The translations under genes and the position numbers were made by a program. From assembly GCA_951406725.2 (NCBI GenBank), contig OX597814.1, positions 27,280,001-27,344,000 of the forward strand: a stretch of DNA of 64,000 nucleotides, in the 5' to 3' direction. This document shows positions 37,794-51,741 of the stretch, one piece after another (the stretch's first letter is position 1; every line of letters starts with the position of its first letter). Source of the stretch: Octopus vulgaris. Its lineage: Eukaryota. The notes beneath the pieces were generated by a model. That model was given only the letters and a program-made list of their open reading frames with translations, had not been told where the DNA came from and made no database searches.

Positions 37794-38054
37794 TATACAT
37801 AAATACATACAAACTTACATAACACACACATATACAGATTAATGGTTGGTTACCAAAAATATAGAACTGTTTATTTCTACTCCTCTTCCTATTCTACTTC
37901 CTCCTACTTGCCCAGAATCCCATCTGATTCCCTCTGCAATGTCCCATCTGTTTTATTCATTTTGTGAGTGTGAATGTGTGTTTCGGATATGTGTGCATGT
38001 GTACAAGTGCATGTACATGATGAGTATGCATATGAAAACATGTATATAAGAACA

Positions 38055-38087
<33 letters not shown>

Positions 38088-38158
38088 ACATATGAATGTA
38101 AGAGTCCACATGGGTATGTGGACATGTGGAGTACATGTGTGTGTGCGTGTGCGCGTGT

Positions 38159-38199
<41 letters not shown>

Positions 38200-38572
38200 G
38201 TGTGTGTGTGTGTACAAGTCTGCTTTATTCAGTCATTTTTTTTTTCCTCACTGGTATGAGTTTGATGATTGTGCAAATTTAAACATCTGACATCTGCTTC
38301 TGGAAGATCTGTTTTCACAGCTGTATGCCATTCCTAATGATTGCTTTTCATCCATGAAAGTGAGAGTATCATATCAACTATTTTTCCAATAAGGTTAGAC
38401 TGACAGAGCCTGAGATAACTTTGGCAAGTGAGGATTTCTCAAGCAGACCAAGTAAAAATAAGTGAATACTTCTTAATACTCGATGTCGGTTACTCCTATG
38501 AGCTGGTCCTTGCTTCCAGCTTCATGTCATGAATTAAGCACAAAATAAATCCTTGTCCTTCCCCATACAAGC

Positions 38573-38950
38573 ACAGGCGTGGCTGTGTGGTAAGAAGTTT
38601 GCTTCCCAACCACATGGTTCCAGCTTCAGTCCCACCGAGTGATACTTTGGTCAAGTGCCTTCTATTATAGCCTCAGGCTGACCAAAGCCTTGAGTAGACT
38701 TGATAGAAAGAAACTGAAAGAAGCCCATCGTGTGTGCGTGTGTTTCTGTCTGTGTTTGATTCACCACCACCCCATCACCGCTTGAGAACAAGTGTTGGTG
38801 TACTTACATCCCTGTAACTTAGTAATTTGGGGAAAGAGACCGATAGAATAAGTACTAAGCTTTAAAAAATAATAATTTGTTCAACTAAAACCCCGTCAAG
38901 GTGGTGCCCCAGCATGACCACAGTCAAATGAATGAAACATGTAAAAGAGA
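38573..38950 (+). mobile_element. SINE family B
   Basis: GGCGTGGCTGTGTGGTAAGAAG through GAAACATGTAAAAGAG. Confidence 0.88.
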
Positions 38951-39919
38951 ATACATCCTCACATCTGTTGTAATTCCATTCACATCTAAGATGTTTTAAA
39001 GAAATTTTAAATCAGCCCAAGTTCATGGTTGCTGCTTATTTTAGCTGCTCTAGAAGGATGAAAAACAAAACTGACCTTGGGAGTAACTAAATACTGCAGG
39101 CATTTTGTACGATGCTGTATTGATTCAACAACTCAATAAGATGCCTATTTTGTATTACTGAATATTATTCAGCATTAAGTCAGTTGCAATGAAGTAAACC
39201 TAGTCTACTCCTGACCATTCCATTTCCTTCAAAAATTCAAGATAATATTGTCAAATGTGCTCAAGTATGAATTGAGGGAGATTTGGCTACTATTTATAGC
39301 TGTTAGAGTGATCACTTCGAGCAGTCGCAGCATGTGCAGGACTTTCTAATGGGCACGCCAATGAAAAATCTTAAAATCTTTTTAGTAGTGCAGCCCACCT
39401 GATGATGAATCATCTCTCATGCAGGCCACTTCTTGAAAAGGGTCGCTCGTGCCTGACCTAGAGATTCCCTTGTTGGCTTGATTTATCACTTGTAATAATC
39501 CAAAGCTTTGGTTTTTATCGTTTACAGCAAAGTAAATGGAACCAACAGGGAATAATGAGTCCAACCCACTAAAAACATAATCTTTACGATGGATTTGAAC
39601 TCTTTACACAAATTGATTATACAACCTCATCCACTTGGTTATTTCTATTTCATTTTACACAATCAGAAACAACCCTTGTAAATACACATAAGTCTTCACT
39701 TTCAACTAATTCATAGCAAGCTAGCATGTGTGTTTGACCTCATTTCTTAGGTCAAATACACAGGATCAACAAATTTAAGTGGCCAGGAAAAGAAGGAACC
39801 ATTAGATTGAACCAACAAGGAAATAATAAAAATTAACCATAATCTTTTTTCTTTTTGGTTAATCAGACAAGGGACAACATTCATGACTTTTGTAGGTCTT
39901 CCAAGATAAAGGAGATGAT

Positions 39920-40400
39920 AAATGTGGTTAATGTCTAGTTTGGACTTGTGTAGGTCACAACAGAAAATATATATATAGGCAAGGGAAGGAATTTCACATA
40001 GCTACAGCACTGGGAAAGGATATCAAGCAAAGTGTCTTACATGTGACTCAGTAGAAGTAAGGAATGTATCAGTTGGATCATGGTAGAAAGCTTATCCAGC
40101 TAATTATTTTAGATGTGGAGAGGATGACTACTGGAGTAAGTGTAGAATAGGTATAATCAGGAAATTATGAGATAATGCTTGTAGTATGTTAGTGTCTTTG
40201 CTAAACAATAAATGGCCTTCTTTTGGGTATCTCAAAGATGTTTGTGTGTGCATTGTAGAAGTACCATTCCAGATGTAGAGCAGCACTCCATTGTAGGTCT
40301 TTGCTGAGGTTTTTAGAGGCTGGTAATTGATCAGGGTGGAAGTATTTTCTGGTCCCAAAGAGGAAACCTAGTTTTTGGATGAAGTCTTTACAATGTTTTG
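39920..40400 (-). mobile_element. Decayed CR1/Jockey-type LINE 3' fragment
   Basis: Minus-strand peptides QKLGFLFGTRKYFHPDQL and RPTMECCS (cf. KLGxLFRARKYF...RPxMEYCSHIW), then an NSLP-like motif. Confidence 0.7.
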
Positions 40401-41007
40401 GGGATATTTATATCTTTTCTAAAAACACTATTGATGGAAGTAACACATGTCAGATTTGGAATTTTAAATAACGACACATTCTTGGTTTGTACTTTATTGA
40501 GAACATACTTTGCCAGGGACTTGCAAAAATATACTTTGTCAAGAAGAACCTACCACCATTGTGAATATACTTCATCAAAATCACTTTAAAATACCAGTAA
40601 TATATTATGGTCACTTCATCTGACTATACTCTGTTCAACTTTATAAAATGTACTTTTGTGCTCGGACAAAAAGAATTTAACACTTTTTTTTTACACAAGT
40701 CAAAAAACCTTGTATTTATAGGGAAAACTAAATGAGATTGTACAATGTTCAAGCTATTTTCAATAACATTAGTGATTGTAGGTGAAATGGCTACAATCAG
40801 ATATCAAAATCAAGTTGAAGATTTGGTTCAACAGAAGCAATAAATAATTTTTTTGTTCTTTTTTTCAGTTTTCTTATAGTACAGAGGCCCCTTTAAGAAA
40901 GTTTTTTTTTTAATGTACATCACTACCTCCAACCCTCCTCCTCCTCAAAGTGTTGCCTGTTCAGATTTCATGACATTTTCTAAAGAAGGAAATAAAGCAA
41001 GTAGTCA

Positions 41008-41053
<46 letters not shown>

Positions 41054-41232
41054 ATGCGTATGCGCGCATTCCTGGAAGACCAGCTTACCAGGCATGTGAC
41101 AGCTGTTGGAATTATAATTAAAGCACCAGGTGGAAGAGAAGGGGTGGAGGGAGAAAAGGAAGGTGGGAAGGAAAGAAAGGCGGAGCAGAAGATAGATGAG
41201 AAAGAGAGAGACAGTCAAACAGAAATAAGCAC

Positions 41233-41281
<49 letters not shown>

Positions 41282-41739
41282 GGGTGCCAAGGTAATGGAT
41301 GGCAGTTATAGGACTGGAGTTAGGAATGGCTGGCTGACTGGCTGTATGGATGAATAAATGGCTGGAGAGGAGACGGGGAGAAGGGAAAACATTCAAAATA
41401 GAGAGGATGAGGTATGGGTTAGTGGTGCCAGATAAAGAGAGAGGGAGAGAGAGTGATCACAGGGATTAGATATAGATAACCCTGATAAGTTAAATTGTCA
41501 ACAAACAGCCATACCCTTCCACAACACACACACATTCACATACACACATGTTTCACCTTAAAGTTAGATTATAATCAAATGAAAAGAGAGGTGGTTATTG
41601 ATAGGACTTTCAGAGACATGCTGTGTGATGTGTTGTCTAGGTGGTTCTCTAACAGGTGAAGAGGGAGAGAAAATTCCCTTAATATGTAATAATGATTTCT
41701 AAAACAAGCACAAGACTATATAGATTTCATGTATAGGTA

Positions 41740-42135
41740 GGTGGAAGTGTGGCTGTGTGGTAAGAAGTTTGCTTCACAACCACATAGTTACAGGTTCAGT
41801 CCCATTGCATGGCACTTTGGCCAAAAATCTACTAAAGCTTTGGGCCAACCAAAGCCTTGTGGGTGGATTTGGTAGATGGAAACTGGAAAAAGCCCATCGT
41901 GTGTGTGTGTGTGTGTGTGTAACTGTCTCTTTGTGTCTGTGTTTGTCCCCATCACAGCTCGACAAACGGTGTTGGTGTGTTTATGTCCCTGTAATTTGGC
42001 AGTTCAGCAAAAAGAGATTGATAAAATAAATACTAGGCTTTAATGAGAAACAGTACTGGAGTTGATTTGTTTGACTAAAATCCTTTCATGGTGGTGCCCC
42101 AGCATGGCCTGTCTAATGACAAACAAGTGAAAGAC
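41740..42135 (+). mobile_element. SINE family B
   Basis: GTGGCTGTGTGGTAAGAAG...GGTTCAGTCCC...AAACAAGTGAAAG. Confidence 0.85.
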
Positions 42136-43272
42136 ATACACTGTCGGTGTGTGTGTGTGTGGGGGGGTGGATATAGTCATTTATAGTTTCTAATATAATT
42201 CCATTCACATCTAGGATATTTTTATATTATAGAAGTATAAATCAACTTCAATACTTGAATGGTACTTTATCAAACCAAGAGATGATGAAAGGGAAATTTG
42301 ACCCCAGCAGAATTTGAACTCAGAATGTAAAGGGTTGTTAAATACTATAAGGCGTTTTTGTCTGATACTATACCAATTCTGGTAATCCACCACCTATAGT
42401 TGTCTGTATAGACATTAGTAAAAAATAAACAGATACTTAAGTTTTAACCACTCATAGATGCAGACATGGCTGTGTTATTAAGAAGTTTACTTCCCAACTA
42501 CATTGTCTAAGGTTCAATCCTACAGCATGCTACTTTGGACAAGTGTTATCTACTATAGTCCCAGTGTCTACACACATGTACGTGTGTGCATGTCTGCACA
42601 CACATGTGTGTGTGTGTCTGTGTGTATCTCATGCATACTGACAGCCACATTTGTCTGTCAAGGGTTTATATGCCCCAATATAAGACTACTTTCTTTAACC
42701 AATACATGGTGATCACTTATAAGCTTTAAGCTTATTACTATTATTATTATTATTATCATCATCATCATCATTCATTATTATTATTTATAGAATTATTACT
42801 TGTCGTCGCTTCTCCATTTAATGCAGAAAATATATATGTATATATATATCATCATTTTCATCACTTAATGTCCTCCTTCCATACTGGCATGAGTTGGATG
42901 GTTTGAAAGGAGCTGGCCAGACAGAAGCCTGTGTCTGTTTTGGCATGGTTTTTATGGCTGGATGCCCTTCCTAACACCAACCGCCCTGCAGAGTGGGGCG
43001 GTTGGTGTTATACACACATGTAGGCCAATGAGACTGTATGCTTGAATCTTCTTGTCTAGATATTATATAATAGTTGCAAATGAGTGTCACTGTTATACAG
43101 GCAATGTCATTCATTTCCAATATTCTACGAAACATATACTTGGCTACAGGGAAATATTAACTTGGTTACAAACAGGTCATGGTTGGCAACATGAAGGCCA
43201 TCTGGGTGTAAAAAATCAGCCTCAATAAACTCCATCTGACCCACGCAAGCATGGAAAAGTGTACGTTAAGAT

Positions 43273-43668
43273 ACTCTTTTACTCTTTTATTTGTTTCAGT
43301 CATTTGACTGCGGCCATGCTGGAGCACCGCCTTTAGTCGAGCAAATCGATCCCAGGACTTATTCTTTGTAAGCCTAGTACTTATTCTATCGGTCTCTTTT
43401 GCCAAACCGCTAAGTTACGGGGACGTAAACACACCACCATCGGTTGTCAAGCGATGTTGGGGGACAAACACAGACACACAAACATATACACACACATACA
43501 TATACATACGACGGGCTTCTTTCAGTTTCTGTCTACCAAATCCACTCACAAGGCTTTGGTCGGTCCAAGGCTATAGTAGAAGACACTTGCCCAAGGTGCC
43601 ACGCAGTGGGACTGAACCCGGAACCATGTGGTTGGTAATCAAGCTACTTACCACACAGCCACTCCTGC
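43273..43668 (-). mobile_element. SINE family B, young, nested in the tail of a family G repeat
   Basis: Near-identical to the reverse complement of 37388-37793; host tail GTACGTTAAGAT|...|GACGATGATGAT. Confidence 0.92.
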
Positions 43669-43987
43669 GACGATGATGATTTCCACAAGACAGTAATGGA
43701 AAGCAAATCCCCTTCCTCCAAAATAGAGGTACATAACTAAATATTACAGAGTATTTAATCTAGCACTTTAGGGATCAATTTTGTCATTTCCTTAGATCTA
43801 ACGAGTGCACATAAGTGCCTTCATGTTGTTGTTGCAGTTGTTGACTGGTCACAGACCAGCCTTGAATGCAGATTCTTTAACAAAGATTCTAACCATAAGT
43901 ATCCCTTTTCGCTTCAAGATATAGTGTATCTAGGATTACATTATCTAATATGTTCATCCACTTTTTTAAGACAGTAGGATATGATAT

Positions 43988-44233
43988 GTGGAGTCACGTG
44001 GCTTAGTGGTTAGGGTGGCAGCATCATGATCGTAAGATTGTGGTTTCGATTCCTGGACCGGGTGACGCGTTGTATTCTTGAGCAAAACACTTCATTTCAT
44101 GTTGCTCCAGTCCACTCAGCTGGCAAAAATGAGTAACGCTGCAATGGACTGGCGTCCTGTCCAGCTGGGGAACACATACGCCATGGAAACCGGGCCCATG
44201 AGCCTGGCTAGGCTTTAAAAGGGCACATTTATT
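43988..44233 (+). mobile_element. tRNA-derived SINE family D (CORE-like plus V-like domain) with 13-bp TSD
   Basis: A box TGGCTTAGTGG, B box GTTTCGATTCC, CTTGAGCAAAACACTT, GCAATGGACTGGCGTCCTGTCCAG; TSD TAGGATATGATAT at 43975 and 44234; inserted in a family F repeat. Confidence 0.9.
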
Positions 44234-45061
44234 TAGGATATGATATAAAGGAAATGTAACTGTTATTTCTAGCAGGTCAAGGGACCATAAAAAGGTTTCA
44301 TTGCTGGGTGTGTTCTTTAGTTTATTTTTGGAAGCACAGTCAAAGCCATGCTGTGATATAAGGCGTCAATGCATTTGCATGCACAGATACATATATTTGT
44401 GTAAGAGGGAGTGCAGGTATATATGTATGCATAAGTATTTGTATGTGTCACAACTATGCCTATGTATACTTGTTTATCTAACAGTGTGTCTTGGCACATT
44501 TGTGTCCATCTGTATGCATATATGGGTTCCCATACATAAAACCAAGTACACAAATACATACGTGTGAGCAATAGTGTGTATATTTATGTATGCATGTTCG
44601 TGCATACGTGTGCACGTATGTATGTTCATATATGTGTGTTTTGAGTTTGTTTCCATGAACAAATTTTAATGTTTTACATGCAAAAAATATTTGTATTTAT
44701 TCACAAAAAAGTGTCTTTCTATGTACATTTTTATATTTTTATCAATTATAACATTAAATCCTCACAATGTCTGCACTCTTCAGTAAATATACAAATAAAA
44801 AGGTTAATAAAAGCGAAATATACTTGGAATTGTCACCATATAGCAAAAGATCAAACACAAACTATATTTCATATTTAATTAATTTCAATTACTTTAATTC
44901 TGGGTTGTCTCCCCTGTCTTTTTTTATCAGAATTAACCATTTACACAATGACTCTTTGTCATTAAAAATGTAATTTTAATTATTTAAAATGCCTTAGCTC
45001 ACTATATCAAATATGTTATCCCTCATTTTACTGCACAATTATGCATGTGTGGGTGTATAAA

Positions 45062-45109
<48 letters not shown>

Positions 45110-47689
45110 CTTGTGTAATATATGAGTATGTTAAAAAAGGATTAAAGATATGGAGAAGAAATGCACTCAGCACTATCAGAAGAAATGAGAAAAGAGGCAT
45201 GTACAGAGTGATAGCTGGCCTTTCCAAACAAACACAGTTATGTGTCTCATCTGCAGCCAAAGCTACATGTCAAGGAGTGGGGTGTATGGTAATCAAAGGC
45301 TCCACAAATGAAGAAAAAGAAAATATTAAATTCAATAAACAATAAGTAGTCTATGTATAACATCACAGATCCTAGATGTCAAATCGACGTATAAATTTAC
45401 TATAAATAATCTCAACATGCATCACTAAACATTAAAAGGTTTTCTCATTAAACTCAACACATAATAAAAAAGACTTCAAATTTTGCACTCTAAGCTCAAT
45501 TTCCTAGACCCTACATACAATCCCAGACCTCACAGTAGGCAAGCCAATAAGGTCTAAGATATTCATTCTGCATCAAATTACAGACACTCCCTAGTCACTT
45601 TCTCAGTCAGAAAAACAGTGAACTAGTTGTTTGACCTTTTGTGAAGTTGTGACCAATGGCATTATTGTTCACCGATTGCAATATAAAATAAATAAATTTC
45701 CTTCAAATCATACCCTATTATCTTAAAAGAGAAAGGCACACTGCATAATGTAGTCATCTAATTACTAGCGCTAAATAAAGATGTATGGTCACTGCTGGAA
45801 TAGCTTATGTGACTGATCAATCAGGATTGAGTTAGGGTTAAACAACATATAGGATAACAACACTTTTCACACAAAATATTACAAACATCCCATGTTTCAC
45901 ATTATAAAGGAATAAGAATCTCCGATCTGTTAGTGCCACAAATCCTCCTCCACCTCTTCATTGTCATCATCATCATCATCATTATTGTACGATACAAATA
46001 AGATATTTTTTAGAACGCAGAGTTGCTGTTAGCATAAATAGTGGGTAAATTACTCTTACAAGGTGGAAAAATTTGTCAACAATCAGCCATGATTGTTGAT
46101 ATACATTTCGATGCTTCTAATAAAAAAAACAATATTTGTTTATTTACATTTATACACACATTATCATTATTATTATTTAATGCCTGTTTTCCATTTGTCA
46201 TGGGTGGGACAGTTCAAACGAACTAGTGAGTCAAGAGACTGCACCAAGTCCCACTATCTCCTTTAGCATGCTTTCTCAGTGGGATGCCCTGCCTAACACC
46301 AACCAAATACTAACTAGAATTATCTATAGAGCAGTAGAACTAAAATTTATTTTCACTAATTTCAGAACAAAACAAAAATTGCTTCTTTGAAGTTATTTTT
46401 AACAGCCTTGTCTATCTATTTTTAAAATAAGTATCAGTTGTTGTCATGCAGACCTGGTCAGCTCTGCTTTCAGAGGCAACAAATAAAATGTCTGAATACA
46501 ACCCATAGATCCAGGATCCTAGTCAGGCCACCCCACTGACTAATTAAGGATTGCACTGTGTACTCTGGTATGCAATAGTTTATCATGTTGGGGGCAGTGT
46601 GGCAATATAGCTATGCTGCATATTAGTCATTCTAGACTCTTGTAGTAGCCACAGATGAAGCAAGTAAAATAGTCTCAGTCAGAGCATGACAACCACCACT
46701 CTTCAGTAGTGCTGATGTTTAGACAAAGGGCAACACTGATTGGACAGACTTATGTTCAAAGGTATTCCAACCATGACCATCCTATCCTTCTCTCAGGTCT
46801 TGTGTCCTGAACAATATTAATATGTCCTATTCCTTTCCAAGCTAATAGGGTGTAATTTGAGGATAGTTTGGCTGCTATTGTTGGTGAGTCAAAAAAAAAA
46901 ACATAACAGCTCCCTCTTTAATATTTTTTGTTTCAGTTACTGTGCATCTCAGCAAAGTTTTCAGGGATAATATTGCAAATGTCAAGAATATTGGTGTAAA
47001 AAAAAATATAAATTTTTTAATATTTGCAATATATGTGGCAAACACATACTGCAAACTATTGTTTGCATTTGAGAAAATAAATTTTATAAAACCAAAAACA
47101 AAGCACCAAAATATGATCTGACTTGTTCTTTAAACAAACCTTCAACAACCAAAGTAATATAACATTTGAAAATAAATTATTCTCTAGATGACCCCCTAAG
47201 GGATACATTCATAAGAGTTGGTATTTTGTTACGGATTCATAATATTAAGCAGATGAGAGATGAATAACGCTTGAATAGAATACCAGTCTATGGAAGGAAA
47301 TATTATCCCAGACTATCTGGCACCTATTTCCATCCCAACATTTATATAATCTAAAGAATGCAGAAATGACTGTCCTCTCCGGAAGAGACAACAGCACAAC
47401 ACACCTACAGTGGATTTGATCACAAGAATCTCAAGACATGTAAGATAATTATTAGTCCTGCCTCCTTACTTTTCTACTTCTTATCTGCGGCTTAGTAGAA
47501 CAAAAGCAAAATGGGTTTCTGTTTTTGATGTATTGCCACCTTTCAGCCCACATAGCACAAAGGTCCAAAATATGCTCTGTAGTTTTTATCACCTTCAAAC
47601 CCCAACCATTATACACACACACATAATTTTTTTCTTTTCTTAGTTTCTAGCCAAGGGCTGTGACCATGCTGGAGCAACAACAACTGGTA

Positions 47690-48170
47690 TTGCCACACCT
47701 TCATTAATCCTCCTTTAATAGTTGGCATTTTGCAACTGAGGGAATTTGATGCTGCTGCCCTATTTCCCATTTTCTGCTGTTAAGTTGGCACATCTGGGAT
47801 TCTTGACAGAAGGAGATCCAGCTTAGTTTTGAAGACATCTACATCTGCACCATGTAAGTCTCTCAGCTCCTTTTTGAAAATATTGAAAAGCTGTGTGACC
47901 TTAAATTGCAAGTTATTTCAGTATCTGGTTTGTATTTTGACAGCAAGGAAGGAATTTTAGGCACTATGCAATGGCACCCTGTTCTGGTGTTTGTACAACT
48001 TTCAACACTAAAGTTTGGGATATGTCCTTCTAGGATCTCCCAGAAGTATATTGCAGCATATCTTTCTTGCTTTCACTACAGAGTAAAGAGTCAACACCTT
48101 GAGTCTTTTCCAGTAGCTGATTTGTTGCATTGAGGCTATCTTCTTTAATTTCATGCTATGTAGTGACTAT
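47690..48170 (-). mobile_element. Decayed CR1-type LINE 3' fragment
   Basis: Minus-strand KKIASMQQISYWKRLKVLTLYS..RQERYAAIYFWEILEG (cf. LSYWERLKxLxLYSLERRRERY..IYxWKILEG). Confidence 0.75.
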
Positions 48171-48374
48171 GATTGGGAGCAATAGCAAAGACAAAGGTCC
48201 TTCGGAGGACCATCATGCATTCCTACTTTCATTCTGAAGTTTCTAAGGATTCATCTGGTCAGCAACCTGTATTCCATTGCCAACTTAGCAATATGCACAT
48301 GGAAGGCTGCACTACTACTCATGTCATTCCCAGCTCACACATTGATTGTGATTCTGGAACCAGGGCTGTGGAGT

Positions 48375-49165
48375 CGAAGTCAGGGAATCGACCCCTTCAG
48401 AAGCCACACACATAATCCAGCACTGTTTCCATTGATGGAAGCTTTCCTGGAACTCATTTTCTGGGATAATCAGCAGCTGCCTTGTTGCATTCACTTGATT
48501 TCCTCGACGTCTGAAATCTTCTTCCTTCCAAGCGGGATATGATGTTTGGAAAGAGGAAAAAGTCCCAAGAGACAAGATCTGCAGAATACAGTGGCTGTTA
48601 GACTTGGGGAATGCTGTGCCAAGCCAGAAACTTGTGCACAAGCTGCACAGAATGGGCAGGTGCATTTTCAGCTGAAAGCAGTTTTGGCACAAACTTGGCA
48701 GACACGCATCTCATACCCAAATCTTTAGTGATAATGGACTGAACTGAACAGTAACTAATCTGCACATCCTCTGAAAACTCACAGCTGGCAAGTCAACAAT
48801 TCCCCCCTCACAGCTGCATGCACATCTGCGATATTTTTCTCAGATCTGTTGGTTGCAGGTCTCCCAGAACGTTTGTTACTATCGAAATTTTTTTGGCTCA
48901 GCCACTCCTCTCCCTACACTTTCTGCAACTTTGCATAAGGCCTCTGAGCAAGTATTACCAACCTTTTGGCAAAATTTGATGCAGATTAAAGGTCAATGCG
49001 ATGATCACATGCTACACGTGTTCCTTCCAAACACTGCTGTAGACAGCAGAAGTGAGCTAGAATGTTAAAACTTCTATCTGTCAATCCGTGCCAAGCAGCT
49101 TAACTCTGCATGCTTTAGCTTCGTTACTATGGCAACAGTCCGGATACTTATTAATCAGACCATAC
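48375..49165 (-). mobile_element. Decayed mariner transposon (transposase pseudogene)
   Basis: PLYSADLVSWDFFLFPN (cf. PYSPDLAPCDFFLFPK) near 48545-48595 and FQESFHQWKQCWIMCVASEG (mariner C-terminus); TIR-like 5' end TATGGTCTGATTAATAAGTATCCGGACTG near 49165. Confidence 0.85.
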
Positions 49166-49221
<56 letters not shown>

Positions 49222-49244
49222 ATATATATATATATATATACTAT

Positions 49245-49425
49245 GGTGGCAAACTGGCAGAGTTGTTAGCATCAGACAAAATGTCAGAGGCATTTCTTTG
49301 AGTTCTTTAGATTCTGAATTCAAATTCTGCCAAGATCAACTTTACTTTTCATCCCTTCAGGGCCGACATAATCGACTTCCCCTCCCCTCAAAATTGCTAG
49401 CTTAGTGCCAAAATTAGAAAGAATA
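49245..49425 (+). mobile_element. SINE family E
   Basis: GGTGGCAAACTGGCAGAGTTGTTAGC...GAATTCAAATTC...AAAATTGCTAGCTTAGTGCCAAAATTAGAAA. Confidence 0.75.
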
Positions 49426-49695
49426 TAAGACTAACATGGATATGGTTAGTTTTCATGTTTACTTCTGCAGGAGAATGATCATCTCTCTAACACTGGCTGT
49501 ATGTATGTCTCTGTCTTACACTACTCACTACACAAGAATCAACATGGAAGGATTTTAATTAAGATTATTTGTATTGTCGTTTCAGCTGTAATTATTCTGA
49601 TATTACCATTTTACCTTTCCATCTATAGGCTTACAAGTTCACGAAACTATTAGCATATAACAACATATAGACTTTGAAACATATACACCCACACA

Positions 49696-49740
<45 letters not shown>

Positions 49741-50068
49741 TAAACACTTTGTTAACTGTTCAACACACATATAGCCAGACGCAAGTAAACAAAACCAGAA
49801 AGACTAAATTTGTTTAAATTAAAAGAAAAAGTATCAATAAAAACAACAGCAACAACAAAAATACCTCACAGAAGGTGTAAAATGCTGTGAAATAACAGCC
49901 ACTCCAAGAAAACAAGACAAGCAAACAAAATAAAGGGATTAGATTTTAATAAATAAATCTGCCCAAAAGGCTAACAGCTATCCACAGACTTAGGGTTTCC
50001 TAAAATACACTTGTGTAATCATGTAAATATATAATGTTATCTGAGACACATACAAACATGTGTATATG

Positions 50069-50218
<150 letters not shown>

Positions 50219-51156
50219 CACATATACATACATATGCATATATAAACATATATATGCATACATGCATACATATACATATATGTATGCATATAATGCATAT
50301 ATACATATGTATGTATATATAATGTATATATAGATATATATGCATATATGTGCCTATATATACATATATATGCAAATATATATACATATGTGTTTATACA
50401 TATATATACATGCACCCACATATGGATCTATATACACATGCATATATATATACATGTGTGCATGAACTGTATGTGTGTAAATGTGCATGTACTTATATGT
50501 GTGTGTGTGTGTGTATGTGAATAAGACATAACACTGTCAAATACTTACATGTTAACATAATTAAACTATTTATGTTCTTTTATAACAAACAACTAATTAT
50601 ATTTTAATGAAACTTATGTAAATATATGAAACCAAATCTGTTTTTCACACACGCACACACACACGTATATTTAAAAATGTAAATAACTAGTTTATGTTTT
50701 TACTTTATCAATGTCAACAGTGAAAGAAAACTAAAATATGTCAAGATACTGAGGCACAGACAAGATTGTGTAGTTAAGATGTTCAGTTTTCAGCTATGTT
50801 TTTTCTGGTTCAGTCCTACTGTTTAGTACCTAAGAACCATATCTTCTACTGTAACAAATTTGACAGATAAAACTGTGTGTTTGTGTATGTGTGTGCATGA
50901 ATATTTTGCATTCAGCACTTTACATGAAAAAGCAGTATGTTACAAACACTAAAATTTATTGCCTTTCCATGTCGATAAATCATCAGCTAGCTCTGTGCTT
51001 TCAAAGATGTGAAATGAGAACAAAAAATCCCTTATTTGAAAAGGAGTCATGTGTGAACATCAGAGAGAATATCTGATAGTAAAACAATGCCCCAATACTT
51101 ATTTGTCCAATCCATAGTAGGATGATAAAACAGATGTAAAGCAAACAGATAGTTTG

Positions 51157-51741
51157 CTGAAATTATAAACAAAGCCATCAGTTCTTGTCAAGACTCAAAG
51201 ATTTGAGTATTACTGGTTGATGAGATACATGTCAAAACATCATTATCCCAGAATCCCCTGTACCAATGAGTCAAGTGTGTTATGAAAACATTGTCACCAA
51301 AAAAAGGAGAAGTTGTTCTCCTGGGACAAACACAACAGCAGTTAGCTTATTTGTGTTCGAATCTGCCAAAACATGTTAAGAATTAATGTGCAACTCATTG
51401 TTTCAGATTTCACTGTTCACAGTGCACATCACAATTTATTACTGGTTGGTAGATATCAGTATTAATCAGTGAATTGTTCGTTCACTGAAATTATAAACAA
51501 AGCCACCAGTTCTTGTTTAGATTCAAAGGCCCAGGTACTTCTGGCTGACTAGACACAACACATCAAAACATCAGGGTCCCAGAATTCATTGCACCAATGA
51601 GTGAAGTGTGTTATGAATATGTTGTCATAAAAAGAAGCTATACTCTTGTGACGTACCCAACATCAATTAGCATATTTGCATTAAAATCTACCAGAATATA
51701 TTAAATATAAATATTCAAGTCATCATTTCAGTTCACAGTGC
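51157..51741. repeat. Old direct tandem duplication, period 328 bp
   Basis: CTGAAATTATAAACAAAGCCA at 51157 and 51485, followed by collinear blocks TCAAAACATCA, CCCAGAAT, ACCAATGAGT.AAGTGTGTTATGAA, GTTCACAGTGCA. Confidence 0.85.
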
